Notes: a model not told the origin generated them from the letters alone. A DNA stretch of 64,000 nt from Candidatus Nanoarchaeia archaeon (GCA_028713045.1 JAQTOY010000001.1:1523-65522); one strand, 5' to 3'; counted from the stretch's first letter, positions 31,870-42,244 are shown. Numbers and translations are program-made.

Positions 31870-32586
31870 ATGAAATATAAAATACTGCTAATAAATCTAG
31901 GTTATTTTAGTGGATTAAATGGATCTCTTTTTGATTACATTTTTAAGAGTTATAGATATATTTTTCCATCCAGAACTGCAATTAAAAAAATAATTGAAAA
32001 TTTAAAGAGAATAATCTATCTAGAAGAACCCGATATCATTTGTATAGTAGAAATAAGGAAGAATCAGATTAAAGCACTTATTGATAGAGAATATAATTTT
32101 TATGATATTGAAACAAAATATCTTCCAAAAAGTATGGCTAGAAAAATTCCAATTCTTAAAAACCAAAGTAACGCTTTTATTTCAAAAAAAAGAATGAATT
32201 TTAAAAAGTTTTTTATAAAATATGGTTCAAAAAAATTAGTCTACAATATAGAACTTCCTAAAAAAATAAATCTTATATTTTTTCATTTCGCTCTTGGTGA
32301 AAAAACAAGAGAAAAACAATTTAAAGACATAAGAGAAATGGCAAACAATCGTGAAAAATCAATAATCTGCGGTGATTTTAATACTTTTAAAGGGATTTCA
32401 GAAATAAATCCTTTAATTAAAAATTCCTGCCTTGAATTGCGCCAAAAAAATCCAACTTTTCCTGCATTTAGACCAAAAAAAGCATTTGACATATTCATAA
32501 CTTCAAAAAACCTTAAAACTAAATCTAGAGTAATAAATTCAGAGGTATCAGACCATCTTCCAGTCATGCTGGAGATTGAACTTTAA
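31870..32586 (+). CDS. endonuclease/exonuclease/phosphatase (EEP) family protein
   Basis: ICGDFNTF and C-terminal SDHLPVMLEIEL catalytic motifs. Confidence 0.7.
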   Translation: MKYKILLINLGYFSGLNGSLFDYIFKSYRYIFPSRTAIKKIIENLKRIIYLEEPDIICIVEIRKNQIKALIDREYNFYDIETKYLPKSMARKIPILKNQSNAFISKKRMNFKKFFIKYGSKKLVYNIELPKKINLIFFHFALGEKTREKQFKDIREMANNREKSIICGDFNTFKGISEINPLIKNSCLELRQKNPTFPAFRPKKAFDIFITSKNLKTKSRVINSEVSDHLPVMLEIEL

Positions 32587-32625
32587 ATTTATTTTAAAAA
32601 AGGAGGATTTTTATAAAAACCTAAA

Positions 32626-33186
32626 ATGAACAAAATTAAGGAATTTTCTTTAAGGATAACAAGTAGGATAAAAGGAAACAGAGACATTATGTTTCTTCCG
32701 ATATCCAAATTATTTAATTCTTTGGGGTTTACTCCAAATGGTTTGACAATAATCTCCTTGTTATCAGGAATTTTAGCGGCAATATTTCTAAATATTTCAA
32801 AAGACCTGTTTCTTCTTTTTATATTTCTTCATTTTTTATTTGATTTATTTGATGGCTCTCTTGCAAGATACCAAGGATTAAAAAATAAAAAAGGATGGTG
32901 GATAGACTATGCAACAGATAGAATAGTTACGATATCGGTCCTATTTTCCGCAATCTTTTTAGTCACAGAAAAAATTATTCCAATCCTAGCATTATTCTTT
33001 TATGTTTCTGGCCATGCAATCTACCTGATAAAAAAAAGAGAGTATCAGTTATTTTATTATGCCCTTATTTTTTATATCTTGATTTATTTTAATCCTTATA
33101 TTGCAGTAGTGTTCTTTTTGATAATGGCAATCTTGAATTTAGTGCAGGTGATGATTCAAATAATCTTTATAAAAAAGGGTGTTTAA
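32626..33186 (+). CDS. CDP-alcohol phosphatidyltransferase
   Basis: DLFDGSLARYQGLKNKKGWWIDYATDR matches D-G-x2-A-R-x8-G-x3-D-x3-D; multi-TM. Confidence 0.75.
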   Translation: MNKIKEFSLRITSRIKGNRDIMFLPISKLFNSLGFTPNGLTIISLLSGILAAIFLNISKDLFLLFIFLHFLFDLFDGSLARYQGLKNKKGWWIDYATDRIVTISVLFSAIFLVTEKIIPILALFFYVSGHAIYLIKKREYQLFYYALIFYILIYFNPYIAVVFFLIMAILNLVQVMIQIIFIKKGV

Positions 33187-33219
33187 TTTGAGGTATTTAG
33201 GTATTTAATCCTAAGAATA

Positions 33220-33888
33220 TTACCTGGTTCTTAAAAAACTCTTGAATCTGTTAAAAACAGGGAATCTTTTTTTCCCATAATATTTGATCTTATTTTTTAA
33301 TATAGCTTCTTTTAATGTGTATTTATCTTCAAATAAAACTAATGAGTTCCCTACTTCTGATAAAAAATGGGCATCACTTCCAGCAACCGCGGTTTTCTTG
33401 TATCTTTCAGCAAGTTTTCTGGAAAGTTCAATTTCTTTTTTAAACAAATATCTTGAATTAAATACTTCAATTCCATTAAATTCTTTAATAACCTCATTTT
33501 CAGGGTCTATTGTGCCCCTCAAATTTTTAATTTTAAAGATTTTTGTCATTATACTTGATAGTATATTATAGGGGTGGGCAAGCACAACAACGGCTCCTTG
33601 TTTTTTAGCCTCTTTGAGAATATCTTTTATGTTTCCAGGGCTTATGCTTTTTTTTAAATAATAAACTAAAATGTGTCCAATATTGCTATTGATTTCTTCT
33701 CCAATAATCACCTCAAAGTTTTTATCTTTGTTCAGCTCTTTGACTTTTAAAGCTCCATCAATAGTGTTATGGTCTGTAATTGCAATGCCGTTCAGTCCTA
33801 GAATTTTAGCTTTTTTTAGGACATCTTCTGGTTTGTTATTACTACATTTTGAAAAATTAGTATGAAGATGAATCTCGAACTTTTTCAT
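33220..33888 (-). CDS. PHP-domain metal-dependent phosphoesterase
   Basis: N-terminal FEIHLHTNFS...AITDHNT His motifs of the PHP fold. Confidence 0.75.
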   Translation of the reverse strand: MKKFEIHLHTNFSKCSNNKPEDVLKKAKILGLNGIAITDHNTIDGALKVKELNKDKNFEVIIGEEINSNIGHILVYYLKKSISPGNIKDILKEAKKQGAVVVLAHPYNILSSIMTKIFKIKNLRGTIDPENEVIKEFNGIEVFNSRYLFKKEIELSRKLAERYKKTAVAGSDAHFLSEVGNSLVLFEDKYTLKEAILKNKIKYYGKKRFPVFNRFKSFLRTR

Positions 33889-33938
33889 ATCATTATAAGA
33901 ATAATCAAATTTATAAATATTTATTCCAATATTATATA

Positions 33939-34478
33939 ATGGAGTTCATAGAATTGATAAAAATCTTTTGGTTTTTTCTGCCTGCGGGGATTGCAAATAT
34001 GAGCCCGGTTCTATTTAAATTTATAAAATTTTTAAATTATCCAGTTGACTTAAATAAAAAAATAAAAGGAAAATCAATTTTTGGCAAAAATAAGACCTAT
34101 AGAGGATTATTCTTTGGGATTCTTTTGTCAATAATATTTGTATATATTCAAAGTTTTGTTTTTCCTTTTACTAATAGAATATCCTTGATTAATTATCCAG
34201 AAGAAAACCTTATCTGGTTGGGTTTTTTATTGGGTTTTGGGGCTTTATTTGGGGATTTGATTAAAAGTTTTTTTAAAAGGCAATTAAATATTTCTCCAGG
34301 GAAATCATGGATTCCTTTTGATCAGATAGATTGGATAGTCGGAGCGGTTATTTTTGTTCAAGTCTATGTCCATATTAGCTTAATTCAGTCTATCATTGCA
34401 ATAGTCTTTTTTGCAATTCTTCATCCAATAATAAACATTTTAGGTTATTTATTAAGATTAAAGAATAATGTTTTTTGA
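33939..34478 (+). CDS. carS: CDP-archaeol synthase
   Basis: LPAGIANMSPVL...GKNKTYRGLFFG corresponds to the CarS (DUF46) family. Confidence 0.75.
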   Translation: MEFIELIKIFWFFLPAGIANMSPVLFKFIKFLNYPVDLNKKIKGKSIFGKNKTYRGLFFGILLSIIFVYIQSFVFPFTNRISLINYPEENLIWLGFLLGFGALFGDLIKSFFKRQLNISPGKSWIPFDQIDWIVGAVIFVQVYVHISLIQSIIAIVFFAILHPIINILGYLLRLKNNVF

Positions 34479-34524
34479 AGGTTTAATTGGTTAAGAATAT
34501 AAACCAAAGTTTCTTCAATAAATT

Positions 34525-35130
34525 ATGAATTTCAAAGAGAATTACCCCAAAATCTTGTTGTTTATTTACATTCTTTTCTGGATATGGATGGCAATAAACC
34601 CAAAGTATAGGGGAGTTTGGATTGATGAGAATATACTTCCTCCGATATTCCTTTTATTATTAATCTTTACTTATAAAAAATTCAGATTTTCTAATCTAAG
34701 CTATACATTTATTTTTATATTTATGATATTGCATGCAATAGGAGGGCATTATAGCTATGCAGAAATGCCTTTATTCGAGGTATTAAAACAAATTTATAAC
34801 CTTTCAAGAAATCATTATGATAGATTAGTCCATTTCTTGTTTGGAGTCTTATTTTTTATTCCTATTTACGAAGTATTAACAAGAATTTTTAAGGTTCCAA
34901 AAGGTTGGAGAGCTTTATTTTTAACAACTTTGGTGATATTAAGCACTAAAGCCGGATTCGAGATATTAGAATATGGTTATACGGCCATAAGACACAATAC
35001 TTTGACAACTGCTAATTATTTAGGGGAACAGGGCGATTCTTTGGATGCAATAAAAGATATGGCTCTTGGATTTACAGGAGCAATAATAAGCTGGATTATT
35101 TTTGGTATTGCCAGTTTAAAGAAGAAATAA
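34525..35130 (+). CDS. DUF2238-like integral membrane protein
   Basis: Multi-TM protein with a HAIGGHYSYAEMP motif similar to YjdF/DUF2238. Confidence 0.4.
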   Translation: MNFKENYPKILLFIYILFWIWMAINPKYRGVWIDENILPPIFLLLLIFTYKKFRFSNLSYTFIFIFMILHAIGGHYSYAEMPLFEVLKQIYNLSRNHYDRLVHFLFGVLFFIPIYEVLTRIFKVPKGWRALFLTTLVILSTKAGFEILEYGYTAIRHNTLTTANYLGEQGDSLDAIKDMALGFTGAIISWIIFGIASLKKK

Positions 35131-35134
35131 TCGA

Positions 35135-35977
35135 TTATCTGTTTAAATTAATATTTTTAGGTTCTGATGTATATGATACATTTATGCCTCCAAGTAATGC
35201 ATCAGGAATTTCTTTGCTTAAACCAAATTGATAAGCAATTTTTGGTTTAACATTAAAAGCCCCTAATTTAAAAGTATAGTCTAAAGAAGGAGTTACATGC
35301 ATAAAACCTGCTGGAAAAACTCCTCCTCTAAAACTATCAGAGTATACAAGACTTGTCCCAAGATTAAAACCATCAAAAACTTTATGGGCACAGGATCCAA
35401 TTATCAATTCTCCACCATCATTTAAATCAAAAACAGTTCTAGCTCCAAAAGTTGAATCTGATATTTTATAAATTCCTCCTAAAGTTGCAACAGAAACATG
35501 ATTATGATTTAATAATTCCCAATCTTGGATTGATGTTTGCAGGGTAAACTCCGGTGATAAGCGATAATCTAACCTAATTCCTCGATCAGTTTCAGCAGTT
35601 TTACCATCATTGTTTAATGCAGTCCATTGAAATGGAGTAATAGTTAAATTATCATAATTTAATCTAATTCCTGCTTCAGTAGATAATGAAGGAAAAGGGC
35701 CGATTAATTTACCTGAAGGCAATGCATAACTTCCTCCAAAAACCTCACCATAAACACTAGTCTTTAAATCCGTATTATCTGCCTTAACTTCAGGTTTAAT
35801 CGAAGTTTGTACTTGAGGTTCAGAACAATTAGGATTCTTTGATTCAGATAGAGATTGTGTGATTGGCGGATTATGAGTATTATTAACATTAGATTCTAAG
35901 GTTTTACAACCGCCATTGAATAAGGTAGTTGCAAGTATAACTCCTGCTCCAAGGTAATTTAATAGTGTTTTTTTCAT
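35135..35977 (-). CDS. secreted/lipobox-bearing beta-rich surface protein
   Basis: Signal peptide ending LFNGGC (lipobox-like), then a Gly/Ser/Thr/aromatic alternating beta-strand-like sequence; 280 aa. Confidence 0.45.
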   Translation of the reverse strand: MKKTLLNYLGAGVILATTLFNGGCKTLESNVNNTHNPPITQSLSESKNPNCSEPQVQTSIKPEVKADNTDLKTSVYGEVFGGSYALPSGKLIGPFPSLSTEAGIRLNYDNLTITPFQWTALNNDGKTAETDRGIRLDYRLSPEFTLQTSIQDWELLNHNHVSVATLGGIYKISDSTFGARTVFDLNDGGELIIGSCAHKVFDGFNLGTSLVYSDSFRGGVFPAGFMHVTPSLDYTFKLGAFNVKPKIAYQFGLSKEIPDALLGGINVSYTSEPKNINLNR

Positions 35978-36097
35978 TTCAACTTATTATTATTTACTTT
36001 AAAGTAGTATCCAATATATTATCTATATAAATATTATCCCCTCCTTAGGGAGGATAAAAATGAAAAGAATTATATATCCTAAATAGATGTATTAATA

Positions 36098-36859
36098 ATG
36101 GAAATAAAGAACATAGGATTAGAACTTGAAGAAATCGGCCTTACAAAGTCAGAGATTAAAGTATACTTATCATTATTAAAATTAGGACCTTCAACTACCG
36201 GCCCCATAATTAACGAATCAAAAACCTCAAATTCCAAGATTTATATTGTTTTGGATAAGTTAATAGATAAAGGGCTTGTGACTTTTTTTACTGATAACAA
36301 TTTAAAACATTTTAGGGCAGTTGAACCAACACATTTATTAAAATATCTTAAAGAAAAACAAGAAGAAATCAAAAGAAATGAGGGTAAAATTAGAAGTATA
36401 ATTCCTGTATTAATGTCTATTGCAAAAACAGAAGATGAAAATGAAGCATTAGTATTCAAAGGAGCAAAAGCAATAAAAACTGCATTTAATGATGTTGTAG
36501 ATAGCCTAAACAAAGGTGATGAAGTACACATTATGGGGATTTATGATTTTAAAGAAGAATTTTTAAAATTAGGCCTAAACTTTCATAATAATAGATCAAA
36601 AAAAGGAATTAATGCAAGAGTTTTAATAAATAATAAAGCAAAGAGAATTGCTAAATTATTCAGTCAATTTAAACCAATAAAGATTAGACTAATGAAAAAA
36701 GAAATTCAAACTCCGGCAGTATTTTTAATATATAAAAATAAGGTAATAATAAGCCTAGGAGATGAGATGGTCTTTTTTATGATTAAAAGTGAAAGTTCTG
36801 CAAAAGCATTTAATATTTATTTTGAGGAAATGTGGAAAAATTCTCGCGAATATAACTAA
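36098..36859 (+). CDS. TrmB-family transcriptional regulator
   Basis: N-terminal wHTH LTKSEIKVYLSLLKLGPSTTGPIINESKTSNSKIYIVLDKLIDKGLV. Confidence 0.7.
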   Translation: MEIKNIGLELEEIGLTKSEIKVYLSLLKLGPSTTGPIINESKTSNSKIYIVLDKLIDKGLVTFFTDNNLKHFRAVEPTHLLKYLKEKQEEIKRNEGKIRSIIPVLMSIAKTEDENEALVFKGAKAIKTAFNDVVDSLNKGDEVHIMGIYDFKEEFLKLGLNFHNNRSKKGINARVLINNKAKRIAKLFSQFKPIKIRLMKKEIQTPAVFLIYKNKVIISLGDEMVFFMIKSESSAKAFNIYFEEMWKNSREYN

Positions 36860-36922
36860 AATTATTATCTATCTTTTACACCCTATCAAAACTCCTATAA
36901 ACTCTGATTTGATATTTATCTT

Positions 36923-38629
36923 ATGAAAAATAAAATAGAATTACTCTTACCTGCAGGTTCTTTAGGAAATCTCAAGGCTGCTGTTGCTAATGGCGCAGAT
37001 TCTGTTTATATAGGGCTTGATAAGTTTAATGCAAGAGAATCTGCGACTAACTTTAGAGGAGAATATTTTAAGGAAGCAATTAAAATCTGCAAGTCAAATA
37101 ATGTCCGAGTTTATTTAACAATGAATACCCTGATTAAAAATTCAGAGATAAAAGAATTTTTTAAACAATTAGTTTATGCATATGAACAAGGAATTGATGC
37201 GGTTATTATTCAAGAACCTTCTTTTATCAGTATAATAAAGGAATCTTTTCCAGATTTGTTTATACATCTTTCAACACAGGCCGGAATAATGAATTCTGCT
37301 CATGCTAATATATTCAAAAATATAGAAAGAATTATTCTTGCAAGGGAATTAAATAAAGAAAAACTAAAATGTCTGCGCAAAAATGTTAACAAAGAGCTAG
37401 AAGTATTTATTCATGGAGCGCTATGTGTATCTTTTTCAGGTTCTTGTTTATTTTCAAGCTTTTTAGGTGGAAGATCTGGAAATAGGGGCAAATGTGCCCA
37501 GCCCTGTAGAAAGATCTATAATAATTGCTATTATCTTTCAACTAAAGAATTATGTTTAATTAAAAAGATTCCAGAACTTATAGAACTTGGAATTGATTCC
37601 TTAAAAATTGAGGGAAGGATGCGTACCCCTTATTATGTTGCAACTGTCGCTTCAATATATAGAAAAGCTATTGATGATTATTACAAAGGGGATTTTAAGA
37701 TAACTGATGAAATAATCTCAAAATTAAAAACCGCTTTTTCGCGTGAATTTACCGAAGGAAGTTTTTCAAGCGAATCTGTATTTAACAAAATGAAAGCTCA
37801 TGGTTCAAGTGCGCCTGAAATCAAAGAATATATTGTTAATACTAAGGATATAAAACTAGAAAAAAGGGATTATGAATTAAAAATTCCGGAGATAAAAACA
37901 AAACAATCCAAAGAAAAGCGCTTGCTTGTTAGAGTCTACAATAAATCTGATGCGGTTTTGGCAGCAGAAAATGGTGCAGATATAATTTATTATGATATTT
38001 TTGCTAAAGATTTTTTAGAAACTCAAAAATTAATTTCAAAACCTGTTTATGGAGTTACTCCAAGAATAATGTTTGATTCAGATATACCAAAAATAACTGA
38101 TGAAATAAAAAATAAAAATCCCTCGGGGATTTTAGCAGGTAATCTTGGTATGATAAATCTTAATCTTCATTTACCAATTCATCTTGACTACAATTGTAAT
38201 TGTTTCAATGATATTGATTTAAAATTTTATGAAGAAAAAGAAGCCTACCCGATAATATCCCCCGAACTTTCTATAAATGAACAGACCGAGTTTAAGAATA
38301 AAAATTTTGCATCGTTTGTGCATGGTAAGATGAGATTAATGACAATAGCCCATCAATTACAAGAAGGCTGGATAAATGATAATAAAGGAAGGTTTAAAAT
38401 AAACAAAATTAATAATGGGGTGGAGATACTGAATGAAAGAGAACTTGGTCTTTTTAATAAGGCCAAAAATCTTCTCAAATCTGGGATAAATAATTTTTAT
38501 ATTGATACGGATATTAAAGTAGGAGAGATAACCAAAATATATAGGCAGATACTAGATGGAAAGACAGTTGATGTTTCTAAAATTAAGCAAAATTATGTGT
38601 TAGGGTGGAGTGAAAAAGGGGTTTTATAA
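36923..38629 (+). CDS. peptidase U32 family protein
   Basis: ELLLPAGSLGNLKAAVANGADSVYIG N-terminal signature and conserved Cys cluster; 568 aa. Confidence 0.8.
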   Translation: MKNKIELLLPAGSLGNLKAAVANGADSVYIGLDKFNARESATNFRGEYFKEAIKICKSNNVRVYLTMNTLIKNSEIKEFFKQLVYAYEQGIDAVIIQEPSFISIIKESFPDLFIHLSTQAGIMNSAHANIFKNIERIILARELNKEKLKCLRKNVNKELEVFIHGALCVSFSGSCLFSSFLGGRSGNRGKCAQPCRKIYNNCYYLSTKELCLIKKIPELIELGIDSLKIEGRMRTPYYVATVASIYRKAIDDYYKGDFKITDEIISKLKTAFSREFTEGSFSSESVFNKMKAHGSSAPEIKEYIVNTKDIKLEKRDYELKIPEIKTKQSKEKRLLVRVYNKSDAVLAAENGADIIYYDIFAKDFLETQKLISKPVYGVTPRIMFDSDIPKITDEIKNKNPSGILAGNLGMINLNLHLPIHLDYNCNCFNDIDLKFYEEKEAYPIISPELSINEQTEFKNKNFASFVHGKMRLMTIAHQLQEGWINDNKGRFKINKINNGVEILNERELGLFNKAKNLLKSGINNFYIDTDIKVGEITKIYRQILDGKTVDVSKIKQNYVLGWSEKGVL

Positions 38630-38675
38630 AATAGCTAAAAAACTAAGTAACATGCTTTACTAATTCTTTATCTTC

Positions 38676-40004
38676 TTACTCAAATCTCTTCGCCACTTCC
38701 AAAAGGAAATTATCATTTCCTTTCTTAGCCAATATCTGTATTCCAACAGGAATTCCGTTTATCTTTCCGCAAGGAACTGAGATTCCTGGAATTTCAGCAA
38801 GATTAGCCAATACTGTCAAGGTGTCGTAATTATACATATCCTCAAGAGATATCTGCTCCCTAAATTTATGAGGCAATCTTGGAACAGTAGGCATAACGAG
38901 AACATCATATTTTTCAAAAGCTTTTTCAAATTCTTTTTCTATTATTTTTTTTGCTTTCAAAGCCCTTCGGTAGTATTTCCCTGCAACCTCTGCTTTTGAG
39001 ATTTCTTTTCCCCCTAAAATTCTTCTCAAAACTTCTTCTCCACAGGAGTTTTCTATCTTATGCCCATATTTTCTTCCATCAAATTTTCGGGTTCCAGAGA
39101 AAAATTCAACATAGTTTATGGGATAATAGGTCTGTATCCCTAAATCAATATGGTTTAGTTTGCAGTCTTCAATTTTCCATTTATTTTTATTTCCAACTAG
39201 CTTAACTTTTTGTCTTATTACCTCCCATATTTCTTTGTTTGCACCAATTTCAGGGATGCCTATTTTCACTTGATGGTTTTCTGAAAAATCCTTGCTTGTT
39301 AAGTTCCTGCTTATTGCATCTCGTTCGTCTTTTCCTTTTATGATATCATACACCAATTCGCAATCATTCACAGAATTAGCCATTGGTCCAATGACGTCAA
39401 AACTCATTGTAGAGTCTATTAGACCATATCTTGAAACGGCTCCATAGCTTGGTTTTAATCCAACTATTCCGCAATGTGAGGCCGGGTTTCTTATGCTTCC
39501 TCCGGTATCGCTTCCTAATGCAAAATCACAAAAATTAGCAGCAACACTTGCGGCACTTCCACTAGAGGTTCCTCCCGGAATCCTGTCAATTGCAACTGGA
39601 TTTTTAGTTGTTCCAAAAGCAGAACTTTCTCCACTACTGCCCAACGCAAACTCATCCATATTAGCCATGCCTAGAACAATAGCATCTTCTTTTAAGAGTT
39701 TGTTAATGACAGTTGCATTATAAACTGCCCTGTAGTTTTCTAGAGTTTTTGAAGCACAATTGCAAATCAATCCTTTAACATTGATGTTAGACTTAACAAT
39801 AAAACCTAATCCAGCTAGTTTTCCGGCAGTTCCATTTTTAATTTTTGCATCAACAATCCTTGCTTGTTCAATTGCATTTGGATTAATATGCAAGACTGCA
39901 TTTATCCTTATATTATCATCCTGTATCTTTTTTAAAAAATCTATTATGTTTCTTTCTGCGCTTAAATCTCTTCTATTTATCTTATCGAGTTTTTCTTTTA
40001 GCAT
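38676..40004 (-). CDS. gatA: Asp/Glu-tRNA amidotransferase subunit A
   Basis: Amidase signature GGSSGGSAAAVA...GSDTGGSIRNPA. Confidence 0.9.
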   Translation of the reverse strand: MLKEKLDKINRRDLSAERNIIDFLKKIQDDNIRINAVLHINPNAIEQARIVDAKIKNGTAGKLAGLGFIVKSNINVKGLICNCASKTLENYRAVYNATVINKLLKEDAIVLGMANMDEFALGSSGESSAFGTTKNPVAIDRIPGGTSSGSAASVAANFCDFALGSDTGGSIRNPASHCGIVGLKPSYGAVSRYGLIDSTMSFDVIGPMANSVNDCELVYDIIKGKDERDAISRNLTSKDFSENHQVKIGIPEIGANKEIWEVIRQKVKLVGNKNKWKIEDCKLNHIDLGIQTYYPINYVEFFSGTRKFDGRKYGHKIENSCGEEVLRRILGGKEISKAEVAGKYYRRALKAKKIIEKEFEKAFEKYDVLVMPTVPRLPHKFREQISLEDMYNYDTLTVLANLAEIPGISVPCGKINGIPVGIQILAKKGNDNFLLEVAKRFE

Positions 40005-40264
40005 GATATTCCTTTTGATTTTTTAAATATAATCCGGTAAATATTCTCTATGAACTTTTTATCTAAATTTCCGAATCTTTTAATCTTGTTGCTTATAATC
40101 TCATTTTCTCTTCTTAAATCTGTCCGAGGTATATTAAGCTTATTCTTTTCCTTCATTATTTTTTTTGTTATCTTGAATCTTTTAACAAATAAAGCGAAGA
40201 TTCTATTATCAATCTTGTTTATTTCCTTTCTTAATGTTGATATTTTATTCTTCATTTTTAACAT
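39998..40264 (-). CDS. chorismate mutase-like (AroQ class) small protein
   Basis: LRKEINKIDNRIFALFVKR...IPRTDLRRENEII follows the AroQ helical pattern; overlaps the gatA start by 7 nt. Confidence 0.45.
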   Translation of the reverse strand: MLKMKNKISTLRKEINKIDNRIFALFVKRFKITKKIMKEKNKLNIPRTDLRRENEIISNKIKRFGNLDKKFIENIYRIIFKKSKGISC

Positions 40265-40267
40265 AAA

Positions 40268-40531
40268 TCATTTTTTCCAGGATCCTGTTTCAGCAATTAT
40301 AAATTCTCCATCATTAGCTGGAGCATTCTCCAGAATCCTTTGCTTAAGATTGTTTAAGTTATCTTTAGCAAATTTTGAATCCTCTTTTGATTTATCAAAA
40401 GAGCTTGCTATTTCATCCCTTTCAAATTCTTCCCTTTCCACATAGAAATCAACCTTTTCTTCATCAATGCTTTCAAGTGCTTTTGCAAACTTATCCAAAA
40501 TCTGCCTTGTTTCTTTTTCTATTTTTTCCAT
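40268..40531 (-). CDS. gatC: Asp/Glu-tRNA amidotransferase subunit C
   Basis: C-terminal ENAPANDGEFII matches the GatC NAPe..gyf motif; 87 aa; sits in an operon with gatA. Confidence 0.55.
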   Translation of the reverse strand: MEKIEKETRQILDKFAKALESIDEEKVDFYVEREEFERDEIASSFDKSKEDSKFAKDNLNNLKQRILENAPANDGEFIIAETGSWKK

Positions 40532-40654
40532 AATAATCTAAAGAATTAAGATGTATTTAAAATTAATTAAAATTAACTATTTTATGTCTGCAACGCCTAA
40601 GTTATAAATTTCCGATATAATAAACTTTAAAAAGTTATAAATTATTCTTAAAAA

Positions 40655-40927
40655 ATGAGTTTTAATTTAAGAAATGGAAGAGATTATTCTTTTGATGATA
40701 CTTTGCCTAGAATTATTGGCGGAGTAATTGTAGGGGGGTTATACGGATTTTTTACTGGTTATTTTTCATTACGTTTCTGTGAGAGATTATATGAAAGATT
40801 TACTCCGGACAGAGATGAGGAATTTCTTTCAAGAAGGCAATTTTTGAGTTTAGTGGTGGGAGCTACTGCCGTAGGGGCAGTAGGTGGAGCAATTACTCAG
40901 TATTCAGGTTCTAAGAAAGCTAATTAG
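40655..40927 (+). CDS. small Gly-rich membrane protein, hypothetical
   Basis: 90 aa with two hydrophobic glycine-zipper segments. Confidence 0.3.
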   Translation: MSFNLRNGRDYSFDDTLPRIIGGVIVGGLYGFFTGYFSLRFCERLYERFTPDRDEEFLSRRQFLSLVVGATAVGAVGGAITQYSGSKKAN

Positions 40928-40936
40928 ATTTTATTT

Positions 40937-42244
40937 CTACGGCGTTAATCTATCTCGGTCTCTTGGGAAAAGGACTGCTTCTCGGATATTGGGTAATCCC
41001 ATTATAAGCATTGTCAATCTTTCAACTCCCACTCCCCATCCTGCGTGGAAAGGAGCTCCGTATCTGAAACTGTCAATGTAATCCTTGAAATCTTTTGGAT
41101 TGAGTCCCTTTGCTTTTAATCTTTCTATTAACAAGTCTGGGAGGTGGATTCTCTGCCCTCCGGAGGATATTTCCATGCCTTTGTAAATTGCATCAAAACC
41201 TTTTGATAATTGTTCTCCATCTTTATTCTTCTTTTCACTTGGCATAATATAAAACGGCTTTCCACATAATGGCCAATCATGAACAAAAACAACCATGTCT
41301 GGAAATAATTCCCCTAATTTTTTTTCAGCTTCTGGGCTTAGATCATCTTTGCCAACATGACATTTATATTGTTTCATCATCTCTTTTACTTCTTCAAAAG
41401 TCAAATATTTTATATGTGGAACTTTTAATTCAATCTTAAACATTTCCAATTCTTTTTTATGATTTTGAATTACTGTATTAACAATGTATTGAACACATCT
41501 TCCTAGAACATCCATAACAATCTTATCATCTGAAAAAGCCATTTCAAAATCAAATTGTCTTGCTTCATTTAAATGCCTTATGGTGTTATGTTTTTCAGCC
41601 CTCCAGACAGGAAAAACGGCAAAAACTTTTTCCATTGAACATGCAAGCATTTGTTTGTATAATTGACATGATTGAGAGAGGTAAGCTTCTTTTTCAAAAT
41701 ATTTCATTTTAAATAAATTAGTCCCGCCTTCTGAACTTGCTCCAATCACAGATGGAAAAAGACATTCAAAAGCTCCTTCTTTTATCATAAAATCTCGGTA
41801 TGCCTGAATTATTGTTGACTGGACCTTAAAAATTGCTTGAGTCATCTCTCTATGAAGATCCAAAAACCGATAATCCAATCTTTTTGGTAGTTCTGTTTTT
41901 GAATAATCCGAAACATCAATTGGAAGAGGATGTTCTGCAATTGCAATCACTTCCAAATCTTTTATCAAGATTTCTTTTCCTCCTGGAGCTTGTTTAGAAT
42001 CTTTTAATTCGCCTTTTAATCTTATGACACTTTCCCTTGGAATTTTTCCTATTAATTCAAAGACTTCTGGCATTGAATCCCCTTTTACAGCCAGACTTTG
42101 TATCCTTCCAGTAATGTCCCTTAGAATAAGAAATCTTATTTTGCTCAGATCTCTGACATCATGCACCCATCCAAATAATTCTACTTCTGAATTTGCTTTC
42201 ATTGAAAAAGCATCTTTGACATAGGTTCTTTTTGATAGATCCAT
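40937..42244 (-). CDS. aspS: aspartyl-tRNA synthetase, archaeal type
   Basis: Class II motifs; C-terminal GLGVERLTM...FPRDRDRLTP; 435 aa (no GAD insertion). Confidence 0.9.
   Translation of the reverse strand: MDLSKRTYVKDAFSMKANSEVELFGWVHDVRDLSKIRFLILRDITGRIQSLAVKGDSMPEVFELIGKIPRESVIRLKGELKDSKQAPGGKEILIKDLEVIAIAEHPLPIDVSDYSKTELPKRLDYRFLDLHREMTQAIFKVQSTIIQAYRDFMIKEGAFECLFPSVIGASSEGGTNLFKMKYFEKEAYLSQSCQLYKQMLACSMEKVFAVFPVWRAEKHNTIRHLNEARQFDFEMAFSDDKIVMDVLGRCVQYIVNTVIQNHKKELEMFKIELKVPHIKYLTFEEVKEMMKQYKCHVGKDDLSPEAEKKLGELFPDMVVFVHDWPLCGKPFYIMPSEKKNKDGEQLSKGFDAIYKGMEISSGGQRIHLPDLLIERLKAKGLNPKDFKDYIDSFRYGAPFHAGWGVGVERLTMLIMGLPNIREAVLFPRDRDRLTP

Noticed and set aside
39998-40264. Calling the 88-aa ORF GatC because it overlaps the gatA start
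   Set aside because: The adjacent 87-aa ORF (40268-40531) carries the GatC NAP..gyf C-terminal motif, whereas this one follows the AroQ chorismate-mutase helix pattern
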